Shown here in pieces: positions 8,279-16,332 of a stretch of 20,000 nt of DNA. The notes beneath the pieces are model-generated. The model saw only the letters and a list, made by a program, of their open reading frames with translations, was not told the origin of the DNA and searched no databases. Position numbers and translations under genes: made by a program. This DNA comes from an uncultured virus (IMG/VR IMGVR_UViG_3300033144_003013) (Duplodnaviria; Heunggongvirae; Uroviricota; Caudoviricetes). Numbering within the stretch: the first letter of the stretch is position 1; each line of letters opens with the position of its first letter. The stretch lies in IMG/VR virus record IMGVR_UViG_3300033144_003013; one strand, given 5' to 3'.

Positions 8279-9020
8279 TAAAACATATATTATAGGACCA
8301 TGTAGTCTTGAGACCTATGAGTTATCACATGAGGTCCTTTCCAAAGTGTATCCAGTTGTAAAAGATAAAGATTTTTATTTTAAAGGTTCATTCGATAAAG
8401 CCAATAGAAGTTCAATCACAGGTAAAAGAGGTCCTGGTTTAGAAGAAGGGATTGAAATATTTAAACAATTAAAAAAGGACTTTCCTAATGTCAGAGTTAC
8501 AACTGATGTTCATGAAGTCGCACAAGTAGAAAAACTATCAGATGTCGTAGATGTAATTCAAATACCGGCCTTTCTATGTAGACAAACAGATTTGTTAGTA
8601 GAATGTGCTAGATTCTTTGATATTGTAAACATAAAAAAGGGTCAATGGATGAATCCTCAAAATATGGTTAAAGGTATTGATAAGATAAAAGAAACTAACC
8701 CTAAGGCTCAAGCTTGGATGACTGAAAGAGGAAGTGCGTTTGGTTACTCTCAATTTATTGTAGACTTTTCAAGTGTGGATTATCTTAAAGAACATTTCGA
8801 TAAAGTTATTTTTGATGTTACTCACTCAGCTCAATTACCTAAACCAAATGGTAGAATGGGAGGAAATCCTACGTTAGCCGCGAGATACTTCAAAACAGTA
8901 GATATATTTAACTACGATGGGGTTTTTGCTGAAGCACATCCTAACCCACCATTATCATATTCGGATGCGGATTCAGTATTACCAATAAATGAAATGGTGG
9001 ATTTATTAAAACAAGAATAA
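8268..9020 (+). CDS. kdsA: 3-deoxy-D-manno-octulosonate 8-phosphate synthase, metal-dependent type
   Basis: GPC, FKGSFDKANRSS (KANRS, diagnostic versus DAH7PS KPR[ST]), TDVHE, QIPAFLCRQTDLL, NIKKGQ, ERG..FGY, FDVTHS, EAHPNP...SD. Confidence 0.93.
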   Translation: MKNNKTYIIGPCSLETYELSHEVLSKVYPVVKDKDFYFKGSFDKANRSSITGKRGPGLEEGIEIFKQLKKDFPNVRVTTDVHEVAQVEKLSDVVDVIQIPAFLCRQTDLLVECARFFDIVNIKKGQWMNPQNMVKGIDKIKETNPKAQAWMTERGSAFGYSQFIVDFSSVDYLKEHFDKVIFDVTHSAQLPKPNGRMGGNPTLAARYFKTVDIFNYDGVFAEAHPNPPLSYSDADSVLPINEMVDLLKQE

Positions 9021-9023
9021 ACT

Positions 9024-9698
9024 ATGTTTAAAGTTTTAACAGAAAAAACAGACATTAAAAAAATGTCAAATACCCTAAATGAGGAAGGAGTCTTTATTGT
9101 GGAAAATTTTGTAACGGGTGATGATTTGCAAAAATTACACGATGAGGTACTTAACCTATGTAAGAAAAATGGGGGTAACTATGAATTTGGCAAAAATTAT
9201 CGTGGACCATCTTTAAAACAATTCAAAGATAATAGTTACGTTAAAAAAGTCTTTAATAGTAAATGGTTAAAACAATTAGATAAAGAATATCGTAAAACGG
9301 ATAAAGGATATTCGAGCGCAATTTACGCGACGTGGGATTATAAAAATGATAAAGGATTGGCAAGAAACGGATGGTTACATTTCGATAGAGAAAATTGCCT
9401 AAAATATTTTATATATTTAACTGATATAGATAAAACTAATGGAGCGTTAAATTTATCCCCGAAATCAAGAAAAAAGGGGGAAGAACTTAGAAAGTCTGCA
9501 TGGAATAAAAATAAAAATTACGGGTCTGTTCTTAATAGAATAGAACTAGATTATTCTCAATTATTAGAAGAATATCCCCACTATCCTGTTGAATATCCTG
9601 CAGGTACATTAATAGTTTTTGATACTGATACATTTCACAAGGGAGGGTTATGTGAAACAGATAAAAGTAGATTAATAGTAAGAGCACATTGTAAGTAA
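9024..9698 (+). CDS. Fe(II)/2-oxoglutarate dioxygenase, PhyH-like
   Basis: L.EEGVFIVENF, HFD (HxD), YFIYLTDID..NGA....P.S, AGTLIVFDTDTFHKGG (distal His), SR (2OG-binding Arg). Confidence 0.85.
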   Translation: MFKVLTEKTDIKKMSNTLNEEGVFIVENFVTGDDLQKLHDEVLNLCKKNGGNYEFGKNYRGPSLKQFKDNSYVKKVFNSKWLKQLDKEYRKTDKGYSSAIYATWDYKNDKGLARNGWLHFDRENCLKYFIYLTDIDKTNGALNLSPKSRKKGEELRKSAWNKNKNYGSVLNRIELDYSQLLEEYPHYPVEYPAGTLIVFDTDTFHKGGLCETDKSRLIVRAHCK

Positions 9699-9699
9699 T

Positions 9700-10386
9700 A
9701 TGAAAAAGATTGTAATTTTTGGTGAATCCCATACTCGTAGTTTCGCATATATTGAAAATTTAATACCTGTGTTTATGGATTCAGGTAAGACAATTAACTT
9801 AGATAATAAAAACATTAAAAATGTAATAAATAAGATAAAAACTCTAAGAGATAAACTTCCTGAAGATGATTATATCTTTTTTACATTTTTAGGCGAACCT
9901 AATGTAAGATATCAGTTAGATAACGATTGGTATATACATAAAAATAAAAATTTTAAAGGTAATGATAAGATAAACAAAGATTATTTGGACCAGTGTATTA
10001 AAAACTATAAAAAACTATTTGATGATTTAGGTATAATTTCATATGTGATTACTCCGACTACCGCATATCAACCATCAATAAAGTCATTACAATACTTTAA
10101 TCAAAAACTTAAAGAAATTTTTAATGATAAAGTAATTGATATTTTTTCCAATACTTTAACCGATGGAAAAATTAAGGACTCGTTTAAGGACCCTAATTTT
10201 AAAGATGACCCAGTTCACTTAAATAGTAGAATTGTGGATGAATTCTTTAATCAATTAATTTTAAAAAAAGTAATCCATAAAAAAGACGAGAGTAAATTTA
10301 AAAAGAATAAAGAGTTAGTATACGCAAATCACATTAAGAAGATATTCAATAAAAATAAATTTGGCACATTTAATATAAAAAAATAA
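9700..10386 (+). CDS. SGNH/GDSL-like protein (putative O-acetyl esterase or transferase)
   Basis: Block I IVIFGESH (GDSH variant), block III-like FLGEPN, block V DPVH (DxxH). Confidence 0.6.
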   Translation: MKKIVIFGESHTRSFAYIENLIPVFMDSGKTINLDNKNIKNVINKIKTLRDKLPEDDYIFFTFLGEPNVRYQLDNDWYIHKNKNFKGNDKINKDYLDQCIKNYKKLFDDLGIISYVITPTTAYQPSIKSLQYFNQKLKEIFNDKVIDIFSNTLTDGKIKDSFKDPNFKDDPVHLNSRIVDEFFNQLILKKVIHKKDESKFKKNKELVYANHIKKIFNKNKFGTFNIKK

Positions 10387-10387
10387 A

Positions 10388-10978
10388 ATGGGAAACGATT
10401 GGGATAATAAAACTTATGATTGGAAAAAATTACAAGTTTTTTTTAATGATTATTTATTTATACACATTCATAAAACTGCCGGTTCTTCGGTAAAGAATTT
10501 CTTCTATTCAGGTCATGGAAATCGGTCGTCTCATATGACAGTTGAATCAATAATTAATGAGATTGGTATAGAAAAATTTAATGAGTTTAAATCATTTTGC
10601 GTCGTAAGAAATCCTTACGATTTAGTGGTTTCACATTATTCTTATAGAGTTGAAACTAATAGGATTAAAAAAATGAGTTTTAATGACTTTATATTAGAGA
10701 GTCATTTTTCACAGATACCACCTCAGGTAGAATACATTAAATATAATGATAAAATATATTGTAATGATATATTGAGATATGAGAATTTAGTAGAGGATAT
10801 TGATAAATTTATTAAAAAAAATAATATAGATTTAAATATTTCTAATTTTCCCCATACTAGAAAAAGTACAAGAAAAGATTATAAGGAATATTTTACAAAT
10901 AAAGAAGTCTTAGACGTTGTAAATGAATACTATAAGGAAGACTTCGAAACTTTTAACTATAAAAAAATAGAATTATGA
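10388..10978 (+). CDS. Sulfotransferase (Sulfotransfer_2 / carbohydrate sulfotransferase-like)
   Basis: 5'-PSB FIHIHKTAGSSV, 3'-PB VRNPYDLVVSHY, RYENL, C-terminal YYKEDFETFNY. Confidence 0.9.
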   Translation: MGNDWDNKTYDWKKLQVFFNDYLFIHIHKTAGSSVKNFFYSGHGNRSSHMTVESIINEIGIEKFNEFKSFCVVRNPYDLVVSHYSYRVETNRIKKMSFNDFILESHFSQIPPQVEYIKYNDKIYCNDILRYENLVEDIDKFIKKNNIDLNISNFPHTRKSTRKDYKEYFTNKEVLDVVNEYYKEDFETFNYKKIEL

Positions 10979-11661
10979 AAAGATTATGTATAATTCCTGC
11001 CCGTGGAGGAAGTAAAAGATTACCAGGTAAAAATATTAAACCTTTAAACGGTAAACCGTTGGTTTTTTATACTATAGATGCAGTATTAAAGTCCGATATG
11101 TTCGATAAAGTAATATTTACATCTGATGATGATACAATACTTGATACTGTATCTAATAATTACTCATCAACAGTTTTAGAAGTGATTAAAAGACCTTTAG
11201 AATTGGCTACTGACACATCTAAAGTCATCGATACTGTTATGTATTTTTTAGACGATAACTATGACCAAACATGGTTAACTTTACCAACATCACCTATGAA
11301 AATATCTGAAGATTTTGTTAAGTCTTCAGAACTACTAAAAGAAGATGACGATTCGGTACTTTCGTACACAGAAATGGAGTTTCCCCCAACATTAGGTTTG
11401 GTGGTAAAGAACAATAATATATTAGAAGATTATGACCAAACAAATCCTTGGCAAAATGGTAATAGTCGTAGTCAAGACCATCCAACGGTATATAGACCCA
11501 ACGGTGCAATATATGGTTCTTGGACAAAAAAATTAAAAGAAAATAAAAATTATTATATAGGACATACTAAAGGATATTTTATGCCAAGAAAAAGGTCTGT
11601 TGATATTGATACTCAGTTTGAATTTGATTTAGCTGAATTTATGTTAAAAAACAATTATTAA
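10975..11661 (+). CDS. neuA: Acylneuraminate (CMP-ulosonate) cytidylyltransferase, NeuA/PseF type
   Basis: IIPARGGSKRLPGKNI..LNGKPL, RP.ELATD, PTSP, RSQD...YRPNGAIY, SVDIDT..EF.LAE. Confidence 0.9.
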   Translation: MKRLCIIPARGGSKRLPGKNIKPLNGKPLVFYTIDAVLKSDMFDKVIFTSDDDTILDTVSNNYSSTVLEVIKRPLELATDTSKVIDTVMYFLDDNYDQTWLTLPTSPMKISEDFVKSSELLKEDDDSVLSYTEMEFPPTLGLVVKNNNILEDYDQTNPWQNGNSRSQDHPTVYRPNGAIYGSWTKKLKENKNYYIGHTKGYFMPRKRSVDIDTQFEFDLAEFMLKNNY

Positions 11662-11663
11662 TT

Positions 11664-12488
11664 ATGAAAGATAAAGTAGGAATTATAGGTAATGGTTTTG
11701 TCGGCGAATCTCAAGTATTCGCATTTTCTCCAACAAATGAGATAAGGGTTTACGATATTGACCCATTAAAGTCAACTCATAGTTTATCAGAAACACATGA
11801 GTGTGATTTTATATTTGTTTGTGTACCAACACCAATGAAATCTGATGGTAGACAAGACTTATCCTTTATTGAAAATGTATTTGAGGAATCCAAAGAAGGT
11901 CCAATTTATATTATTAAATCAACCGTATTACCGGGAACAACAGAGAAGTTAATTGAAAAATACCCTCATCTAAATATTATTTTTTCACCTGAGTTTTTAA
12001 CTGAAAGAACCGCCAAATTAGATATGTTAACTCAGGCAAGAATTATTCTTGGAGGTGAAAAAAAATTAACTGAAAAAGTAGAATCACTATTTTCAAATCG
12101 TTTTATGAATAGACACTTTATCCATACAGATTCAAAAACCGCAGAATTTATAAAATATATGAATAATACATTTTTTGCAACTAAAGTATCTCTAATGAAT
12201 GAATACTATCGTCTATCTAAACTTGTTGGTATTAATTGGGAAGACGCTATGTATGGTTTTTCATCAGACGGAAGGGTGGGTGATTCTCATTTACATGTAC
12301 CAGGTCCTGATGGTAAATTAGGATTTGGAGGAACCTGTTTCCCTAAAGATATAAATGCGTTAACATCAATGGCAAAAGACGTAGGGGTTAACATGAATGT
12401 TTTAGAAGCCGCTTGGAAAACCAATTTAGAGGTTAGACCTGAACAAGATTGGAATAAACTAAAGGGTCGGGCGATTAGTGAAAATTAA
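11664..12488 (+). CDS. ugd: UDP-glucose/GDP-mannose 6-dehydrogenase family protein, short form
   Basis: GIIGNGFVG, CVPTP, IKSTVLPGTT, SPEFL, AEFIKYMNNTFFATKVS, GFGGTCFPKD (catalytic Cys); ends at 274 aa. Confidence 0.85.
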   Translation: MKDKVGIIGNGFVGESQVFAFSPTNEIRVYDIDPLKSTHSLSETHECDFIFVCVPTPMKSDGRQDLSFIENVFEESKEGPIYIIKSTVLPGTTEKLIEKYPHLNIIFSPEFLTERTAKLDMLTQARIILGGEKKLTEKVESLFSNRFMNRHFIHTDSKTAEFIKYMNNTFFATKVSLMNEYYRLSKLVGINWEDAMYGFSSDGRVGDSHLHVPGPDGKLGFGGTCFPKDINALTSMAKDVGVNMNVLEAAWKTNLEVRPEQDWNKLKGRAISEN

Positions 12489-12492
12489 ATAA

Positions 12493-13575
12493 ATGAAAAA
12501 AATAGTAGTTTTAGGTGGTGGTGGTTTTATTGGAGGTCACCTCGCCAAAAGGTTAAAAGAAGAAGATAATGTAGTAATAATTTGTGATATAAAAAATCAT
12601 GAATTTTTTAATCATTCTGATATCTGCGACAAGTTCATCAAAGGGGATTTAAGAGACCCCAAAGTAGTTTCAGAAGTTATAGATGATAATGTCGATGAGG
12701 TTTATCAGTTAGCTGCCGATATGGGTGGTGCAGGTTATATTTTTACAGGTGAAAATGATGCGAATGTCATGCATAACTCCGCCTTGATTAATTTAAATGT
12801 GGTTCATGAGTGTACAAAAAAGAGAGTAAAAAAAGTTTTTTATTCTTCTTCAGCTTGTATGTATCCAGAATATAACCAACTAGATTCAAGTAACCCTAAT
12901 TGTGAAGAATCTTCCGCATACCCCGCGAATCCTGATTCAGAATATGGATGGGAAAAATTATTTTCAGAAAGATTATTCTTATCATTTAATCGTAACTACG
13001 GTTTAGATGTTAGAATCGCTAGATTCCATAATATATTTGGACCTATGGGTACTTGGACAGGGGGAAAAGAAAAGGCACCAGCGGCTATGTGTAGAAAAGT
13101 ATCAGAATCCGATGAGACTGTTGAGGTATGGGGAGACGGTAACCAAACCCGTTCATTCCTTTATATTGATGAGTGTGTTGAAGCAATATTAAGATTGATG
13201 AAATCAGATTTTATTGGACCTGTTAATATTGGTTCAGAAGAAATGGTTACAATTAATCAATTGGCTCAAATGGCTATTGATATATCAAATAAAGATGTTA
13301 AAATTAGTAATATAGATGGACAAGATTTCGTAGATAAATATGGGTTTCAATGTCCTTTAGGTGTGAGGGGTAGAAACTCCGATAATAAACTTTATAAAGA
13401 AAAAATAGGTTGGGAAGTGTCTCAACCACTTATAGAAGGTATGAAAAAAACTTATGAATGGATAGATAAACAAGTAAAAGAAAAAACTTATATCTATGAA
13501 AGTCCCGATAATGGTAAAACCATATATCGTAGAGAGTTCGGTAAAGAACCAAATTCTCGTGAACGAATCAAATAA
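12493..13575 (+). CDS. GDP-mannose 3,5-epimerase-like NAD-dependent epimerase (extended SDR)
   Basis: GGGGFIG, QLAADMGG.GYI, YSSSACMYP, YGWEK, RFHNIFGP.GTW.GGKEKAPAAMCRK, WGDG.QTRSF, GVRGRNSDN. Confidence 0.9.
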   Translation: MKKIVVLGGGGFIGGHLAKRLKEEDNVVIICDIKNHEFFNHSDICDKFIKGDLRDPKVVSEVIDDNVDEVYQLAADMGGAGYIFTGENDANVMHNSALINLNVVHECTKKRVKKVFYSSSACMYPEYNQLDSSNPNCEESSAYPANPDSEYGWEKLFSERLFLSFNRNYGLDVRIARFHNIFGPMGTWTGGKEKAPAAMCRKVSESDETVEVWGDGNQTRSFLYIDECVEAILRLMKSDFIGPVNIGSEEMVTINQLAQMAIDISNKDVKISNIDGQDFVDKYGFQCPLGVRGRNSDNKLYKEKIGWEVSQPLIEGMKKTYEWIDKQVKEKTYIYESPDNGKTIYRREFGKEPNSRERIK

Positions 13576-13593
13576 AAAAAGAATACTGAAATA

Positions 13594-14298
13594 ATGGCAA
13601 GAAAAGGCGAAATAAGTAGAAAAATCCCAAGAAAAGATTTAATAAATAAGATTATAAGTAGAAACCCTAAACAAAAATTTTTATCAGAAAGTCAAAAGGA
13701 ATATTATAACATACTAAAAGATAGTGAAATTACCATATGTACAGGACCCGCAGGTGTTGGTAAATCATATATTGCGATGAAAGCGGCGGTAGAACTTTTA
13801 ATGGACCATAATAATTCCTATGAAAAGATTATAATTGTTAGACCGGCAGTTGAAGCTGAAGAAAAATTAGGAGCGTTACCAGGTAATTTAGAAGAAAAAT
13901 TAGACCCTTACATTTTTCCATCATATTACTTATTAAACAAAATAATAGGTAAAGAGGCTAGAGAAAAGTTAAAGGAAAACGATATAATCGAGGTATTTGC
14001 ATTAGCATACATGAGAGGAATGAATATTGATAATTCAATACTAATTTTTGAAGAAGCTCAAAATTCTACTCCTTCACAAATGAAATTATTACTAACAAGA
14101 ATAGGTTTTAACAGTAAATTTTTCATATCTGGAGATATTGAACAGACAGATAGATATAAAGATAAAACACAATCAGGTTTATATGATGCTACGATAAGAT
14201 TTAAGAATTTAGAAAAAGTGGGAACATATAACTTTAAATCAGATGATATTATAAGAAATCCTCTGATTACCAAATTATTAGATAGGTACGATACATGA
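13594..14298 (+). CDS. phoH: PhoH-like ATPase
   Basis: Walker A GPAGVGKS, RPAVE, LGALPG, YMRG, EEAQN, LLTRIG, GDIEQTD, IIRNPLI. Confidence 0.95.
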   Translation: MARKGEISRKIPRKDLINKIISRNPKQKFLSESQKEYYNILKDSEITICTGPAGVGKSYIAMKAAVELLMDHNNSYEKIIIVRPAVEAEEKLGALPGNLEEKLDPYIFPSYYLLNKIIGKEAREKLKENDIIEVFALAYMRGMNIDNSILIFEEAQNSTPSQMKLLLTRIGFNSKFFISGDIEQTDRYKDKTQSGLYDATIRFKNLEKVGTYNFKSDDIIRNPLITKLLDRYDT

Positions 14299-14945
14299 AA
14301 ATAGCATTTGACATAAACGGAGTAATAAGAGATACCTTCTTAAAGGCGGAACAACTTTATCAAAAGTTTTACATTGATGAGTATGAGGAAGATAAAGTCT
14401 CCACATATAATGAGGAAACTGAAGAATTTGTGGTTAACGAATCCGAAGAAGATTTTACATATGAGTTAAATCTTCCTGTCACATCTTTATCAAATTTAGA
14501 AGACCATTTTAAATTTAGAGATAAGGACGAGTTATTTAACTTTTTTTATGTGGATTTTCCAATGCAAATATTTGGACACTCACCATCTATTAATGTTTCA
14601 ACATTTAATATATTAAATGAAATATATGAAGAATTAAGAGATGAGCACGATGTTTTAATAGTTTCTGATGAAATAGGTAAATCTAAACCGGCAACCCTAT
14701 TTTTCTTATCAAAATATGGGTGTTTGGTTGAAAAAATTAAATTCTATTCTAATATTACTTTAGAGTCTATGTGGGATGAAGTCGATATATTAGTTACGGC
14801 TAACCCTGACCACATACTTAATAACCCAAAAGATAAAACAATTATTAAGTACACAACATCATATAATGAACACATAGAATGTGAATATACGATTAATGAT
14901 ATTGATGAATTTAAAGAGTTATATAAAAAATTAAAATTAAAATAA
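14295..14945 (+). CDS. HAD-fold protein, 5'(3')-deoxyribonucleotidase-like, degenerate motif I
   Basis: MKIAFDINGVIRD (DxN instead of DxD), later VLIVS, and YN...E...IN..DE C-terminus as seen in NT5C-like proteins; acidic insert. Confidence 0.6.
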   Translation: MKIAFDINGVIRDTFLKAEQLYQKFYIDEYEEDKVSTYNEETEEFVVNESEEDFTYELNLPVTSLSNLEDHFKFRDKDELFNFFYVDFPMQIFGHSPSINVSTFNILNEIYEELRDEHDVLIVSDEIGKSKPATLFFLSKYGCLVEKIKFYSNITLESMWDEVDILVTANPDHILNNPKDKTIIKYTTSYNEHIECEYTINDIDEFKELYKKLKLK

Positions 14946-15259
14946 TGTTAGAATTTTTAGGAGAAAACTATTATGTTGATTTTGATATGTTAGAAAACCA
15001 TGTTAACATACCAAAAATAGAAAATGAAGAGGAAGGTACTCAAAAAAAAGAAGATACTACTAATGTGGAAGATAAATATTTACAACATATTAGTGTAGTT
15101 AAATTTGAAACTATAAAGATGATGTTAGAGGTAGTTTTAACCGAAAGAGAAGAGGTTGATGATAATTTAGGGATACGAGGCAGTTCAAGAAGCTTAAGTA
15201 TTCCCTTTAAATTTGCTTTTAATACATTATTAAAACACGGAATAATAAAATATATTTAA
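14945..15259 (+). CDS. Hypothetical protein (104 aa)
   Basis: TAATG overlap with upstream gene, 3-nt gap to the next; no recognised motif. Confidence 0.75.
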   Translation: MLEFLGENYYVDFDMLENHVNIPKIENEEEGTQKKEDTTNVEDKYLQHISVVKFETIKMMLEVVLTEREEVDDNLGIRGSSRSLSIPFKFAFNTLLKHGIIKYI

Positions 15260-15262
15260 ATT

Positions 15263-16327
15263 ATGGATACAGAATTATTAAAAAAAGTAGAACAATCTGT
15301 TCAAAACTTAGAAGATAAATCAGTTAGAATTTATTTTTTAACACAAGATACTAAAGGGAATGCTAAAGCATCGGTTAGACAAACATATGAAACCGCATTA
15401 ACCTTAAAGAATAATGGTTTCAATCCCATAATCATTCATGAAACAAAAGAGTACACTGGTGTTTCAGAATGGTTAGGTGAAGAGTACATGACTTTACCTC
15501 ATGAGTCTATTGATGGTGACCAATTAAAAATATCACCTGAGGATTTTATTGTGGTACCTGAAATATACGGTCACGTTCTAGAACAAGTTGCGAATTTACC
15601 ATGTGGTAAAATTATATCTTGTCAGGCATATGACCATATGTTAGAAACATTACAACCTGGTACTACATGGTCTCAATATGGGTTTTTAAAGGCAATTACT
15701 ACAAATGAAAAACAAACTGAATATGTTAAAGGAATAATTAAAAACGTTTCATTTGATATAATCGAACCATTTATACCTGAAGTATTTTCACCAAAAACTG
15801 TACCCTCAAAACCAATCATATCAATTCACACTCGTGACCAAAGAGACACGATGAAGATAATCAAAACTTTTTATTTAAAGTTTCCACAATTTAGATGGAT
15901 AACATTTAGAGATATGAGAGGATTAACTCAAACTCAATTTGCTGAATATCTAAAGGATTCTTTTGTTTCGGTATGGGTAGACGATACCTCATCTTTCGGT
16001 ACATTCCCTATGGAGTCTATGGCTAGTCGTACACCTGTCATAGGTAAAGTTCCTAACATGAAACCTGAATGGATGAATGAGACTAATGGTATTTGGACGT
16101 ATGAGTTAAATCAAATGGTAGATATTATAGCTGAATTTATTCAAAATTGGTTAGAGGACAACATTAATGATGAATTATATCAATCAGGTATCAATACCGC
16201 AGCTAAGTTCCAAAATAGAAAAGAATTTGATAGTGTTGTTGTATCAACATTTGAAAATTACTTAAATTCAAGAAAAGAGGTGTTTCAATCTCAATTAGAT
16301 AAACTTAAAGTAGAGGAAGAAAATTAA
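15263..16327 (+). CDS. Glycosyltransferase, GT-B fold (GT4-like, divergent)
   Basis: DFIVVPE, C-terminal SSFGTFPMESMASRTPVIG (variant of E.FG...EAMA.G.PVI). Confidence 0.75.
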   Translation: MDTELLKKVEQSVQNLEDKSVRIYFLTQDTKGNAKASVRQTYETALTLKNNGFNPIIIHETKEYTGVSEWLGEEYMTLPHESIDGDQLKISPEDFIVVPEIYGHVLEQVANLPCGKIISCQAYDHMLETLQPGTTWSQYGFLKAITTNEKQTEYVKGIIKNVSFDIIEPFIPEVFSPKTVPSKPIISIHTRDQRDTMKIIKTFYLKFPQFRWITFRDMRGLTQTQFAEYLKDSFVSVWVDDTSSFGTFPMESMASRTPVIGKVPNMKPEWMNETNGIWTYELNQMVDIIAEFIQNWLEDNINDELYQSGINTAAKFQNRKEFDSVVVSTFENYLNSRKEVFQSQLDKLKVEEEN

Positions 16328-16332
16328 AAGTT

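Noticed and set aside
8268..9020. DAHP synthase (aromatic amino-acid pathway)
   Set aside because: KANRS and PAFL motifs are KDO8P-synthase-specific; DAH7PS I-beta has KPR[ST] and GARN.
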